From NCBI GenBank assembly GCA_951812955.1, contig OX638340.1, forward strand, positions 3,232,001-3,296,000: a stretch of DNA of 64,000 bases. The letters are read 5' to 3'. Source of the stretch: an uncultured Gemmatimonadota bacterium. GTDB taxonomy: Bacteria > JAAXHH01. This document shows, piece after piece, positions 26,645 through 36,278 of this stretch; position 1 is the first letter of the stretch, and every line of letters starts with the position of its first letter. Below the pieces are notes generated by a model. It did no database searches. It worked only from the letters and a program-made list of their open reading frames with translations, and was not told where the DNA came from. Position numbers and translations under genes: made by a program.

Positions 26645-27928
26645 CTATTCCTCAATCGTAGTTTCTCCGTCCAGCACTTCGATGCGCGCGCCAGAGGCAT
26701 GGCGCGCCTGCTGCAGTCTTGCCGCCACTGCCTCCGCTTCACGCATCACGCGCAGCACGTTGCGCCCGAGGATCTTCAGGACATCCTCGTCCGAATAACC
26801 CCGCCGGATCAGTTCGGCCGTCAGCATGGGATAGGTGGACACATCCTCCAGTCCCACCGGGACCGTGGAAATGCCGTCGTAATCGCCGCCGATGCCGATG
26901 TAATCGATGCCGGCTACCTGCCGGATGTGATCGATATGGTCGGCCACCTGTGCCAGGGTGGCAGGCGGCGTGGGATTGGCCTCGTTCCAGGTGGCCATGC
27001 CTTCCGCCACCGATTCATCCGTACTGCCCGGCATCGCCGCGAGCCGCTCCCGCTCTTCGTTGCGCTTCACGCCGTGAAGGCGGGTTTCTTCCGAGATATA
27101 AGCAGGTACGAAGGTGACCATGACCACGCCGTTGTTATCGACCAGGCGCTCCAGGACGTCGTCGGGGACGTTGCGCACGTGGTTGCACATGGCCAGGGAC
27201 GAGGAATGGCTGAAGATGACGGGGGCCTCCGAAACGTCCAGGGCGTCCCGCATGGTCGCCGGGGAGACGTGGGACAGGTCCACCAACATGCCCAGGCGGT
27301 TCATCTCCCGGACCACCTCTTTTCCGAATTCCGTCAGGCCGTCGACCGCGACGGTGTCTGTAGCCGAATCGGCCCAGGGCACGTTGCGGCTGTGGGTCAG
27401 CGTCATGTATCCGACGCCCAGCCGGTGGAACATGCGGAGCGCGCCGAGGGAGGAGTCAATGGAATGTCCTCCTTCAATGCCCAACATGGACGCGATCCTG
27501 CCTGCCGCGAAGGCCGCTTCCACTTCGTCCGCCGTAGCGGCCAGTTGGAATGTGTCCGGATACCGGGCGGCCATCTGGTACACGATATCGATTTCCTCCA
27601 TGGTCGCGCGCACGGCTTCTTTTCCCTGCATGGAAGCGGGTACGTAAACCGACCAGAACTGGGCGCCGAGCATGCCCTCGCGCAGGCGGGGAATGTCGGT
27701 ATGCAGGTCCGGCTGCGATTCGGCGATGTCAATCGACCAGACGTCCCGGTTCGCCTTCCTGCGAATCTGCCAGGGAAGGTCGTTGTGCCCGTCGATCAGC
27801 GGGACTTTCGCGTGCAGTGCCCTGGCGCGTTCGACGGGATCTTCGGGCATGGGCTCTTCGGCCGGCGCACAGGCGGATGTCAGCGCGACGAGACATAGGC
27901 CAGTCAGCAACAGGATGAGTGAATGCAT
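26645..27928 (-). CDS. membrane dipeptidase (peptidase family M19, renal dipeptidase-like), lipoprotein
   Basis: ATG at 27928 with GGAGG RBS; signal/lipobox MHSLILLLTGLCLVALTSAC; IDGHNDLPW motif. Confidence 0.85.
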   Translation of the reverse strand: MHSLILLLTGLCLVALTSACAPAEEPMPEDPVERARALHAKVPLIDGHNDLPWQIRRKANRDVWSIDIAESQPDLHTDIPRLREGMLGAQFWSVYVPASMQGKEAVRATMEEIDIVYQMAARYPDTFQLAATADEVEAAFAAGRIASMLGIEGGHSIDSSLGALRMFHRLGVGYMTLTHSRNVPWADSATDTVAVDGLTEFGKEVVREMNRLGMLVDLSHVSPATMRDALDVSEAPVIFSHSSSLAMCNHVRNVPDDVLERLVDNNGVVMVTFVPAYISEETRLHGVKRNEERERLAAMPGSTDESVAEGMATWNEANPTPPATLAQVADHIDHIRQVAGIDYIGIGGDYDGISTVPVGLEDVSTYPMLTAELIRRGYSDEDVLKILGRNVLRVMREAEAVAARLQQARHASGARIEVLDGETTIEE

Positions 27929-28262
27929 GATTCCTCCGGGGTGAATCCAGTATATTGTAGGTCCAACTGTGTCAGGCCGAGGATTGGATATACGCACGGA
28001 AGGCTAAGAAAGCTGTATGCGCGTACCCATTCCTCGTGTAGTCAGTCTCCACTAAAATTAACGATATTCAGGTCAGGGCAAGGGATATTTGGGTGATTGC
28101 GCCGCTAGAACTCACCCATCCGGACGGTTCGTTGCACCCCATGGTACCTGGCATGATAGCGCTTTGAACCGCTGTCGAAATCTCATGTTGCCATTCCCAT
28201 GATACCGGGTTACTTTTCACTGGTCCAAGTGACCCGATACCCCCCCATTCCAAGGAGTCCGC

Positions 28263-29273
28263 ATGGCTCGATTTACCATTCTCGCGCCCGGCAATCCCGA
28301 TAATCCCGGTCCCAATCAGTATATCAGGGACGAACTGGAAACGATTGGCGCCGAGCTCAGGATACGTCCCTTCAGCACACTAGAGGAAATGCTGGAAGAG
28401 GCCCGGGACGTGGACGGCTTTACCCAGGGCGGCCTGACCTATAATCGGGAAACCGTGGAGCAACTGCCCGACCGCATACGCGTTGTGGGCGCGGGCGGGA
28501 TCGGCGTGGACTTCATCGACGTGGAAGCGGCCACGGAACGGGGGATCATCGTATACAACATCCAGGGCGTTTTCGAACGGGAGGTCGCCCAGCACGCCAT
28601 GATGCTGCTGCTTGCGTGCGCCCGCCGGCTGATGCCCATCAACCGGTCCATGATCGAAGGCACCCCCGTCAGCCGCGGCACCATTCAACCTGTATACGAG
28701 CAGACCCTCGGCCTCGTGTCCTTCGGGAATATCGGCCGGGCCATGGCGAAGATCGCCACCGGTTTCGATCTGCGTATCATTGCCTGCGATCCCTTCGTCA
28801 GCCAGGCCGCCGCCGATCCCTGGGGCGTGACGATGGTGGACCAGGAAACGCTGTTCAAGGAATCCGACTTCGTTTCGTGCCATGTACCCCTGACGCCCAG
28901 TACCCACCACATCATCGGGGAGCGGGATTTCCGGAACATGAAACCCTCCGCCTACTTCATCAACACGGGACGCGGCAAGGTCGTGGACGAAAAGGCGCTC
29001 ATCGAGGCGTTGCAGGAAGGGCGGCTCGCCGGCGCAGGGCTGGACGTGCAGGAGCAGGAGCCCCCGGCTCCGGACAACCCGCTGCGCAAGATGGATAACG
29101 TGGTCCTCACACCCCATTACGCTTCCGCGTCGGTTCGGGGTGGGATCGAGCGCGCAAGAAAAGCAGGCCAGCAACTGGTCACCATTCTCAGTGGCCGCTG
29201 GCCCGACGACGGCCTCGTAAATCCCGCCGTAAAGAAACTCGCCGCCGAAAAATGGGGCATGCCCGCAGAGTGA
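28263..29273 (+). CDS. D-isomer-specific 2-hydroxyacid dehydrogenase (NAD-binding)
   Basis: GxGxxG-type NAD site (FGNIGRAMAK) and the catalytic R/E/H arrangement of the family (…TGRG…, …TPHYAS…). Confidence 0.85.
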   Translation: MARFTILAPGNPDNPGPNQYIRDELETIGAELRIRPFSTLEEMLEEARDVDGFTQGGLTYNRETVEQLPDRIRVVGAGGIGVDFIDVEAATERGIIVYNIQGVFEREVAQHAMMLLLACARRLMPINRSMIEGTPVSRGTIQPVYEQTLGLVSFGNIGRAMAKIATGFDLRIIACDPFVSQAAADPWGVTMVDQETLFKESDFVSCHVPLTPSTHHIIGERDFRNMKPSAYFINTGRGKVVDEKALIEALQEGRLAGAGLDVQEQEPPAPDNPLRKMDNVVLTPHYASASVRGGIERARKAGQQLVTILSGRWPDDGLVNPAVKKLAAEKWGMPAE

Positions 29274-29303
29274 CCGGGTGACCGGCGAAGGCACGGATCC
29301 TCC

Positions 29304-30008
29304 ATGTTCTACGATACCGTGATTTTTGATGCGGCGGGTACCCTCGTCGGCCGGGATTCTCCGGATTTCTTCGAGGAGTTCTTCGTTGTCGCGGCCGGGG
29401 AGCTCGGGACCGAGGTGACACTGAACCAGGTGAAGGCCGCGCTTTCGAAATCCATGGAGGAACCGCGGTTCCGGCTTCGCGAAGGACGCATGAGCACGCC
29501 GGAGCAGACGCGCCGGTACTTTCTGGATCTCTACGCCCACGTGTTGAACGGAGCGGGCGTTGAGGGTGACCTGGCGCAGGGGTTACAGGCGTACTACGAC
29601 CGGTTCCAGGACGGCAGGTACCTGGACGTGTACAGCGACGTCCGGCCCACGCTGGAAGCGCTGAAGACCGGTGGCATGCGCCTCGGGGTGCTGTCGAACT
29701 GGTCGGAACACCTCGCGCTGGTCCTGGAGCGGCTCGACCTGGACCGGTACTTCTCCTTCCTCGTCGTTTCCGCCGAAGTCGGATGTGAAAAGCCCGACGA
29801 GGAGATCTTCCGCCTGGCCCTGGATCGTGCGGAAACCCCGATCGACCGCATCCTGTACATCGGAGACTACCCGGAGGAGGACATCCTGCCCGCCGAGCGT
29901 ATCGGGCTGGATGCCCTCCTCATCGATCGGTACGACAAGTACGGGCGATATCGCCTGCCCACCATCAACACATTGACGGATGTCCCCGGACTGATTGGCC
30001 TCTCATGA
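29304..30008 (+). CDS. HAD-superfamily hydrolase
   Basis: Motif I VIFDAAGTL; motif III/IV …YIGDYPEEDI…. Confidence 0.7.
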   Translation: MFYDTVIFDAAGTLVGRDSPDFFEEFFVVAAGELGTEVTLNQVKAALSKSMEEPRFRLREGRMSTPEQTRRYFLDLYAHVLNGAGVEGDLAQGLQAYYDRFQDGRYLDVYSDVRPTLEALKTGGMRLGVLSNWSEHLALVLERLDLDRYFSFLVVSAEVGCEKPDEEIFRLALDRAETPIDRILYIGDYPEEDILPAERIGLDALLIDRYDKYGRYRLPTINTLTDVPGLIGLS

Positions 30009-30019
30009 GGGAAGCGTCC

Positions 30020-30135
30020 TGAACGAGTGCGTCAAGAACGAAGGTGTGTCATGAACGAAGGCGAACCATGAACGAAGACGTGGCATGAACGAGTGCAAAC
30101 CATGAACGTAGGCGAACCATGAACATAGGCGAACC
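30020..30135. repeat. 17-bp tandem repeat x ~7 (catgaacgaaggcgaac) ending with the unit that contains the ATG of the next gene
   Basis: Each unit carries ATG; the last unit (catgacagagaaaccg) is the true 5' end of the 30136 CDS. Read directly. Confidence 0.8.
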
Positions 30136-31377
30136 ATGACAGAGAAACCGATCCGCGTAGGCGTAGTGGGCGTGGGCCGCGGGAAGAGTTTCGCGCAGAC
30201 CGCGTCCGGCGCCGTGGGCATGCAGCTCGTCGCGCTGTGCGACACCTGGGAGGAGCGGTTGCAGCAGTTGGCCGGGGAACTCTCCGTCGCCGCGTACACC
30301 GATTACGACGCATTCCTCACCCACGACATGGACGCCGTCGTCCTGGCCAACTACTTCCACCAACACGCGCCGTTCGCCATCAAGGCTCTGCGGGCGGGGC
30401 GGCACGTCATGAGCGAGACGGCCTCCAACGCCACCCTGGCCGAGGGGGTGGCCCTGTGCCGGACCGTTGAGGAGACCGGCCGGATCTACATGTTGGCCGA
30501 GAACTATCCGTACACGGTCTTCAATCAGGAGATGCACCGGTTGTACGGCGAGGGGGAGATCGGCGAGGTAACCTATGCCGAGGGGGAGTACAACCACCCC
30601 ATGGCCCGGGACGACAGCCTCCGCCTGTCACCGGGATTCGACCACTGGCGGGCGTGGATTCCCTCCACCTATTACTGCACCCACGCCCTGGCTCCGCTGG
30701 TATACATCACCAATACGCGGCCGGTTGGCGTGAACGCCCTTGCCATCGCGCGGCCCGAGCGCACCCTCACGCTCAGGAGAGGAGACCCGGGGTCTGTCAT
30801 CCTCTGCCGCATGGACAATGGCGCGGTGTTTCGGATCTTCGGACTCAGTATGCCGGGCCACAGCAACTGGTACCGCGTGCACGGCGAACGGGGCGCCATG
30901 GAGATCACGCGGGGACCGGGATACTTCGGACCGGGAGAGGTGCGGGTGTGGCATGAGCCGTGGCACCTGGAACCCGGCCAGGAAGCGGAACGGGTATACC
31001 GGCCGGACTGGCCCGAACACGGCGATCTCGCCCGCGAGGCTGGGCACGGGGGTGGCGACTTCTGGACCAGTTTCCATTTTGCCCGGGCCATCCGTTCGGG
31101 CGAACAGCCCTTCCTGGACGTCTACCGCGGCGTAGCCATGTCGTCGGTGGGCATCCTGGCCTGGAAAAGCGCGCTGGAAGACGGGCGCCCCTTCGAAGTG
31201 CCCGATTTCAGGGACGAGGACGACCGTAAATCCTGGGAGAACGACCACTGGTCGCCCTGGCCCGGACATGCCGGACCGGGACAGCCGCCTCCCAGCATAC
31301 TCGGCCGTCGCGACCCGGCTCCGGAACATATCCCATACGCCCGTCGCATATGGAAGGACATGGGTTACGAGGGGTAA
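30136..31377 (+). CDS. Gfo/Idh/MocA-family NAD(P)-dependent oxidoreductase
   Basis: N-terminal Rossmann IRVGVVGVGRG; C-terminal Gfo/Idh/MocA alpha/beta domain. Confidence 0.85.
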   Translation: MTEKPIRVGVVGVGRGKSFAQTASGAVGMQLVALCDTWEERLQQLAGELSVAAYTDYDAFLTHDMDAVVLANYFHQHAPFAIKALRAGRHVMSETASNATLAEGVALCRTVEETGRIYMLAENYPYTVFNQEMHRLYGEGEIGEVTYAEGEYNHPMARDDSLRLSPGFDHWRAWIPSTYYCTHALAPLVYITNTRPVGVNALAIARPERTLTLRRGDPGSVILCRMDNGAVFRIFGLSMPGHSNWYRVHGERGAMEITRGPGYFGPGEVRVWHEPWHLEPGQEAERVYRPDWPEHGDLAREAGHGGGDFWTSFHFARAIRSGEQPFLDVYRGVAMSSVGILAWKSALEDGRPFEVPDFRDEDDRKSWENDHWSPWPGHAGPGQPPPSILGRRDPAPEHIPYARRIWKDMGYEG

Positions 31378-31384
31378 AAAAGGC

Positions 31385-31413
31385 TTGCCTTTGGAAGTCC
31401 CGTTCCGTATTTT
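31385..31413 (+). promoter_or_regulatory. candidate promoter for tRNA-Glu (TTGCCT-N17-TATTTT)
   Basis: -35/-10-like hexamers with 17-bp spacing, 23 bp upstream of the tRNA 5' end. Confidence 0.4.
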
Positions 31414-31435
31414 AGGACGGCTTTTGAGGGTCCGC

Positions 31436-31510
31436 GACCCCATCGTCTAGCCTGGCCAAGGACACCGCCCTTTCACGGCGGCAACACGGGTTCAAATCCC
31501 GTTGGGGTCA
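31436..31510 (+). tRNA. tRNA-Glu (anticodon TTC)
   Basis: 7-bp acceptor stem GACCCCA/TGGGGTC; anticodon loop CTTTCAC; T-loop GGTTCAAATCC; near-identical to E. coli tRNA-Glu outside the D-loop; CCA not encoded. Confidence 0.9.
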
Positions 31511-31532
31511 TATGGAATAACCGGAAATGGCA

Positions 31533-31566
31533 AAGGGGATTGCGTGTGTGCGCAATCCCCTTTTTG
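31533..31566. terminator. bidirectional rho-independent terminator (aaaggggattgcg-tgtgtg-cgcaatcccctttttg)
   Basis: 12-bp stem plus T-tract; A-tract on the other side. It separates tRNA-Glu (+) and the convergent SBP gene (-). Confidence 0.65.
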
Positions 31567-31608
31567 CTTTCATGCCGTCCGGTTTGCTTTCTGTGCCGTC
31601 CGGGGGCG

Positions 31609-32898
31609 TCAGTGGACGAAAGGAACGACCCGGATGACTTCGATCGTACCTGCGGGAGTGAATTGCCAGACCGCCACGAATCCCGTGGCGAGGTCGCCGT
31701 TCTCGTCCCAGTCCAAAGGCATGGCCGCGCCTTCGTAGTTGATCAGGCCGCCGTCGGCCAAGATGCGTAACCCGTTCGCGATGCTGCTCGCCTCGGCAAT
31801 CACGAGTTCACCGGGCGGTCTGCCGATCGTTCGCAGCCGGTCCCGGATGGCCGCTCCCTCCAGGCTGCCCGCTGCCTGGGCCGCGAGGGCCAGGGCCACG
31901 GTGGCATCATAAGTCTGTTTCACATAGGGAAACGGGGGAGGGTTGCCATAGGCGCTTTTGTACCCGTTCTCCCAGGCCAGCGCCGATGGCGTGTCCTGCG
32001 CGGAGCCGGGAGAAGTACCGATCATGCCTGCGAGGTGTTCCGGACCGATTGAACGGAGCAGGTCCAGACTGCGGCCGGTGGGACCGAAGACAAACACTTT
32101 GTAGAGGCCGTGGTCCAGCGCTTCGCGCACGATGGTTTCCTGCTGTGGTTGAAAAGCGAGGACGACGAGCGCCTGCGTGTCTTCAAGGACGCCTTTGCTT
32201 TCTTTCAGTTCTTCTACCAGGGTAGTCTTTTCGGGATCCGCCGCGACCCTGATGAGCTTCCCCTCCCACGCGTTCTCGAAAGCGTCCGCGATGCCCCGGC
32301 CCCACACGTCGTCGCGGTAGATCATGCCCACGTTGCCGAATCCCAGTTCCAGCGTGATCTTCGCGAGGACCGGCCCCTGATCGTGGTCGGACAGGGTCGT
32401 GCGAAAGAGGAAATCGTTATCCATGGCGGTCGTGAGCATGGGAGACGAAGAAGCCGGAGAGATCATGGGAATGCCGGCATCCGCGACCACGTCTTCCACG
32501 ACCGCAAGCGTCGAAGAACTCGCCCAGGCGCCCACGATCGCGTGGACACCTTCATCTTCTACAAGGTCCATCGCCTCGGATACCGCGGTATCCTTGTCCA
32601 GCTCCGTATCGGCGACCAGACCCTCGACCGGTTCTCCGAGCACACCCGTCTCGTTGATATGCGAGATCGCCATTTCGAATCCCCGTCGCATGAGTATGCC
32701 GTGTTCCGAGCCACCCTCCGACAGGTCTATGAGCAGCCCGATCTTAAGCGCAGGCCGTTCGACCGGCTCCGGCGGTTCCGGAGGTTCAGGCGATACCGGA
32801 TCCTCTTTGCCGCACGCCAACGCCAGGGTCATCATCAGGACGATCGGCAGCCAGGATCCACGGGTAAAGATCGATCCTCGCATTCCACGCATTTTCAT
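31609..32898 (-). CDS. periplasmic substrate-binding lipoprotein (type-I PBP, Liv/branched-chain amino acid-binding-like), orphan
   Basis: Lipobox LALAC; PEPPEPPEP linker; PBP type-I fold motifs. No permease or ATPase gene is adjacent. Confidence 0.7.
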   Translation of the reverse strand: MKMRGMRGSIFTRGSWLPIVLMMTLALACGKEDPVSPEPPEPPEPVERPALKIGLLIDLSEGGSEHGILMRRGFEMAISHINETGVLGEPVEGLVADTELDKDTAVSEAMDLVEDEGVHAIVGAWASSSTLAVVEDVVADAGIPMISPASSSPMLTTAMDNDFLFRTTLSDHDQGPVLAKITLELGFGNVGMIYRDDVWGRGIADAFENAWEGKLIRVAADPEKTTLVEELKESKGVLEDTQALVVLAFQPQQETIVREALDHGLYKVFVFGPTGRSLDLLRSIGPEHLAGMIGTSPGSAQDTPSALAWENGYKSAYGNPPPFPYVKQTYDATVALALAAQAAGSLEGAAIRDRLRTIGRPPGELVIAEASSIANGLRILADGGLINYEGAAMPLDWDENGDLATGFVAVWQFTPAGTIEVIRVVPFVH

Positions 32899-33095
32899 GC
32901 CTCCTGCGCATCACAGCGCTTTCCTTCGGGTAGTTCCGGTTGCGGGTTACGAATCCGTACCAGAGTAGATATACTGCGTACCGTTTTCCCTGTCATCCCT
33001 TTTCTTATCTGTCGCGCCGACAACAACTTGAGTTGGCATTGGCCACAGGCTGAATTGCCTTGCCGCTTCCCTACCGGCGGCATACATTCAACCCC

Positions 33096-34481
33096 ATGCC
33101 CGACCATACCGCCGATTCCTCGAAACCGGCCGATAAAGAGGTCCCGCCTTCCCAGATCCTCCGTCACGTCTGGGCCATCGCCTGGCCCGTCGTGGTCGCA
33201 TCGCTGATCGACGCCACCGAAGGACTCGTAGACATCTACTTCGTGGGATTCCTGGGTCCCGCGGCGATCTCCGCCATCGGCATGAGCCGGCAGATCGTAT
33301 TCATCGTCATGGTCATGGCCATTTCGATCACCGGGGGAACGAGGACGCTGGTAGCCCAGTACTACGGGGCGGGCAGGCACGGCGACGTGAGCCGGACCGG
33401 CCAGCAGGCGATCCTGATGGGTATATACCTGGCCCTGGGTCTCGCGGCCGTCAGCATCGTGCTCACCCGGCCCGCGCTGGTCCTCCTCGGCGCTCCGGAA
33501 GAGGTGCTTGCCCACGGCATCCTTTTCCTGAGACTCTATTTCGCCGGCATGATCTTCATGATCCTCAACTACGTGATGAGCGCCATCTTCGGAGGCGTCG
33601 GCGACACCCGCACCCCGCTGAAGATCTCCGTCATCGTCATAATCGTCAAATGCGCGACGTCCTACGCGCTTATCTTCGGAACCTGGGGAATGCCCGCAAT
33701 GGGCGTGGCCGGCGCGGCCGTGGGCATGATCATCTCCCGGCTGGCGGGATGCGTCATCGGGATGGCGATCCTGATCCGGGGCCGCGGACAGGTACGTCTC
33801 TCGAGAAAATGGCGCTTGAAACCGGACTGGAGCATCATGTCCCGCATGCTCGACATCGGTCTTCCATCGGGCGCGTCGGGGTTCTTCAGAAACGGTGCCC
33901 GTGTGCTCCTGTACCGGGTGATATCGGGGGTGAACCGGCCCACCGCGGCCATCGCGGCCCTGACTATGGGTTTTCAGATCCGCCTGTTCGCGATCATGCC
34001 CGCCCTGGCCTTCTCTGTCGCGGCGACCTCCCTGGTCGGACAGAGGCTCGGCGGACGCCAGATCCGGTCGGCCGAGCAATACGGCGGGCAGACGATCCTG
34101 CTTTGCATGGTCATGATCGGGGCCGGTTCGGCCTTGATCTGGATATTCGCCCATGCGATCGCAGCCGTATTCACGACGGACGAGATGGTCCTAGGCATCA
34201 GCTCCGACATGCTGCGTTTCTTCGCCATCGCCCAGGTATTCTCCGCTCTGTCCATCGTGGCCAGCGGCGTGCTGGCCGGCGGCGGCGAGACCCGGCCGTC
34301 CCTGTACTACACGCTGTTCTCGCAGTGGGGCATCATGCTCGTGTTTTCCTACGTCCTCGCTTTTCCCCTCGGGCTGGACGTGACGGGCATATGGATCGCC
34401 TGGCTCGCCGCGGCCGTTTTGCAGGGCCTGCTTACGCTCAAGCGCTTTTTCAAGGGAACCTGGAAAAGGGCGGTAGTCTGA
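33096..34481 (+). CDS. MATE-family multidrug/sodium antiporter efflux transporter
   Basis: 12-TM protein with a duplicated MATE pattern; the ATG at 33096 is chosen (track start is 33060). Confidence 0.8.
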   Translation: MPDHTADSSKPADKEVPPSQILRHVWAIAWPVVVASLIDATEGLVDIYFVGFLGPAAISAIGMSRQIVFIVMVMAISITGGTRTLVAQYYGAGRHGDVSRTGQQAILMGIYLALGLAAVSIVLTRPALVLLGAPEEVLAHGILFLRLYFAGMIFMILNYVMSAIFGGVGDTRTPLKISVIVIIVKCATSYALIFGTWGMPAMGVAGAAVGMIISRLAGCVIGMAILIRGRGQVRLSRKWRLKPDWSIMSRMLDIGLPSGASGFFRNGARVLLYRVISGVNRPTAAIAALTMGFQIRLFAIMPALAFSVAATSLVGQRLGGRQIRSAEQYGGQTILLCMVMIGAGSALIWIFAHAIAAVFTTDEMVLGISSDMLRFFAIAQVFSALSIVASGVLAGGGETRPSLYYTLFSQWGIMLVFSYVLAFPLGLDVTGIWIAWLAAAVLQGLLTLKRFFKGTWKRAVV

Positions 34482-34508
34482 CGGTGAAACGGTGTTCGGG
34501 GGGAGAAC

Positions 34509-34527
34509 GTGGCGCCTGAGGTCAGGC
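34509..34527. terminator. GC hairpin (gcgcctga-ggt-caggcgc) between convergent MATE and rpe genes
   Basis: 8-bp perfect stem; no T-tract, so only a weak terminator candidate. Confidence 0.3.
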
Positions 34528-34528
34528 G

Positions 34529-35176
34529 CTACTCACGCAGCATCCGAATGCCATTTGCGATACCGTCCGGATGCTTGAATACGGCCGTGGCGGCCACCAG
34601 GATGTTTACGCCGGCCGACACGGCGTCGGGCGCGGTATCGGCGTTCACGCCGCCGTCCACCTCCAGGTCGCATTCGAGTCCCCGGTCCGTTATGGACCCT
34701 CGGACCTGCCGGATCTTCGGCAGTACGGAATCGATGAACCGTTGCCCCGAGAACCCCGGGTTGACGGACATGACAAGGACGAGGTCGAGTTCGTCGATAA
34801 TCTCGTCGAGGACGTGTGCCGGCGTGGCCGGATTCAGGGCGACCCCGGCCTGAATGCCCCGTTCCCTGACGGACTGCACCACCCTGTGTAGATGAGGCGT
34901 GTTCTCCTGGTGCACGATAATCACGTCCGCCCCGGCGTCCATGAATACTCCGACATACCGGTCCGGTTCCTCGATCATCAAGTGGGCCTCGAGCGGCAGG
35001 TCCGTGAGAGAGTCGATTGCCTCGACGATGAAGGGTCCCATGGAGATATTCGGCACGAACCGGCCATCCATGACGTCGATATGTATCCGGTCTGCGCCGG
35101 CGCGTTCCACCGCTCGGACCTCCTCGGCCAGCCGGGTGAAATCCGCCGACAGGATGGATGGCGAGATCTGGATCAC
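34529..35176 (-). CDS. rpe: ribulose-phosphate 3-epimerase
   Basis: GTG start (VIQISPSILSADF) with GGAGG RBS, overlapping the gnd stop (GTGA). The ORF-track 5' extension into gnd is rejected. Confidence 0.85.
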   Translation of the reverse strand: MIQISPSILSADFTRLAEEVRAVERAGADRIHIDVMDGRFVPNISMGPFIVEAIDSLTDLPLEAHLMIEEPDRYVGVFMDAGADVIIVHQENTPHLHRVVQSVRERGIQAGVALNPATPAHVLDEIIDELDLVLVMSVNPGFSGQRFIDSVLPKIRQVRGSITDRGLECDLEVDGGVNADTAPDAVSAGVNILVAATAVFKHPDGIANGIRMLRE

Positions 35177-36237
35177 GGTCCTCCCCCGTTCGGTTTCTGT
35201 TCCACGTGTCCTCCGAACTGGTGGCGCAGGGCCGAAAGCACCCGCGCCGCGTAGGAATCGTCCTGACGCGACTGGAACCTGGTGAACAGCGAGGCCGTGA
35301 GCACGTGGGCGGGCACGTCTTCCTCGATGGCCGTCTGCACGGTCCACCTGCCCTCCCCGGAGTCCTGCACGTATCCGGAATAGGCCGACAGGTCCCGATC
35401 CTCCCGCAGGGAAATCTCAAGAAGATCCAGCAGCCAGGAACTGACCACGCTCCCGTGCCGCCACACTTCGGCTATGTCATGCAGGTCCAGGTCGTACCGA
35501 TGGCGTGGGTCCACGCGGTCTGACCCGGATTCCCGGAGGATTTCAAGTCCTTCTGCAAAGGCCTGCATCATGCCGTATTCGATCCCGTTGTGGATCATCT
35601 TGACGAAGTGCCCCGCGCCTGCCGGTCCCACGTGTACATAGCCCTTCCGGGCGTTTGAGCCGTGAGCGTCCGCCGATCCCAGAGTGTCCGTCGAACCCGC
35701 AACGTCCGTCGGATCCGGAGCGTCCGTCGATCCCGACGCTTCGCGATTCTGCGCCTCGCCACCCTTCCCGGGACCGGGGGCCAGCGTCCGGAAAAGCGGG
35801 TCCAGGCGTTCGACGATCCCCGCGGGACCTCCGATGGTCATGCAATAGCCTCTCTCAAGGCCCCAGACGCCACCGCTGGTACCCACGTCGACGTAGTGCA
35901 GCTTGCGGGCGGACAGTTTCTCGGCGCGGGCGACGTCGTCCTTGAAATAGGTGTTTCCTCCGTCGATGACGGTATCGCCCGGAAACAGTGCTTCGGCCAG
36001 TTCGTCAATGGTCCGTTCAGTGACGTCGCCGGCCGGCACCATGACCCAGACCGCGCGGGGAGCGTGGAGACCGGCCACGAGATCGCACAGCGTGGATGCG
36101 CCGGTAGCGCCTTCTTGCTCCGCCCGGCCGATCGCTGAGCTGTCCCGGTCGTACGCGACGACTTCGTGGCCGCCGCGCAGCAACCGCCGCGTCATGTTGC
36201 CGCCCATCCGGCCGAGTCCGACCATGCCCAACTGCAT
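35173..36237 (-). CDS. gnd: 6-phosphogluconate dehydrogenase (decarboxylating), short Gnd-like form with a ~30-aa low-complexity insertion
   Basis: MQLGMVGLGRMGGNM Rossmann N-terminus; 6PGDH C-domain (GHFVKMIHNGIEYG). The insertion is encoded by 18-bp tandem repeats at 35664..35738. Confidence 0.8.
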   Translation of the reverse strand: MQLGMVGLGRMGGNMTRRLLRGGHEVVAYDRDSSAIGRAEQEGATGASTLCDLVAGLHAPRAVWVMVPAGDVTERTIDELAEALFPGDTVIDGGNTYFKDDVARAEKLSARKLHYVDVGTSGGVWGLERGYCMTIGGPAGIVERLDPLFRTLAPGPGKGGEAQNREASGSTDAPDPTDVAGSTDTLGSADAHGSNARKGYVHVGPAGAGHFVKMIHNGIEYGMMQAFAEGLEILRESGSDRVDPRHRYDLDLHDIAEVWRHGSVVSSWLLDLLEISLREDRDLSAYSGYVQDSGEGRWTVQTAIEEDVPAHVLTASLFTRFQSRQDDSYAARVLSALRHQFGGHVEQKPNGGGP

Positions 36238-36278
36238 GCGCGCCTCCCCTGGTCTCCGACGATAATTTCAGCAGGCGA

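Noticed and set aside
30020-30135. The tandem repeat arrays (30020..30135, 47234..47300, 21249..21368 and others) are CRISPR arrays.
   Set aside because: The repeats are directly adjacent with no unique spacers. Unit lengths are 9-24 bp. Several are in-frame inside genes or overlap start or stop codons. No cas genes are present.
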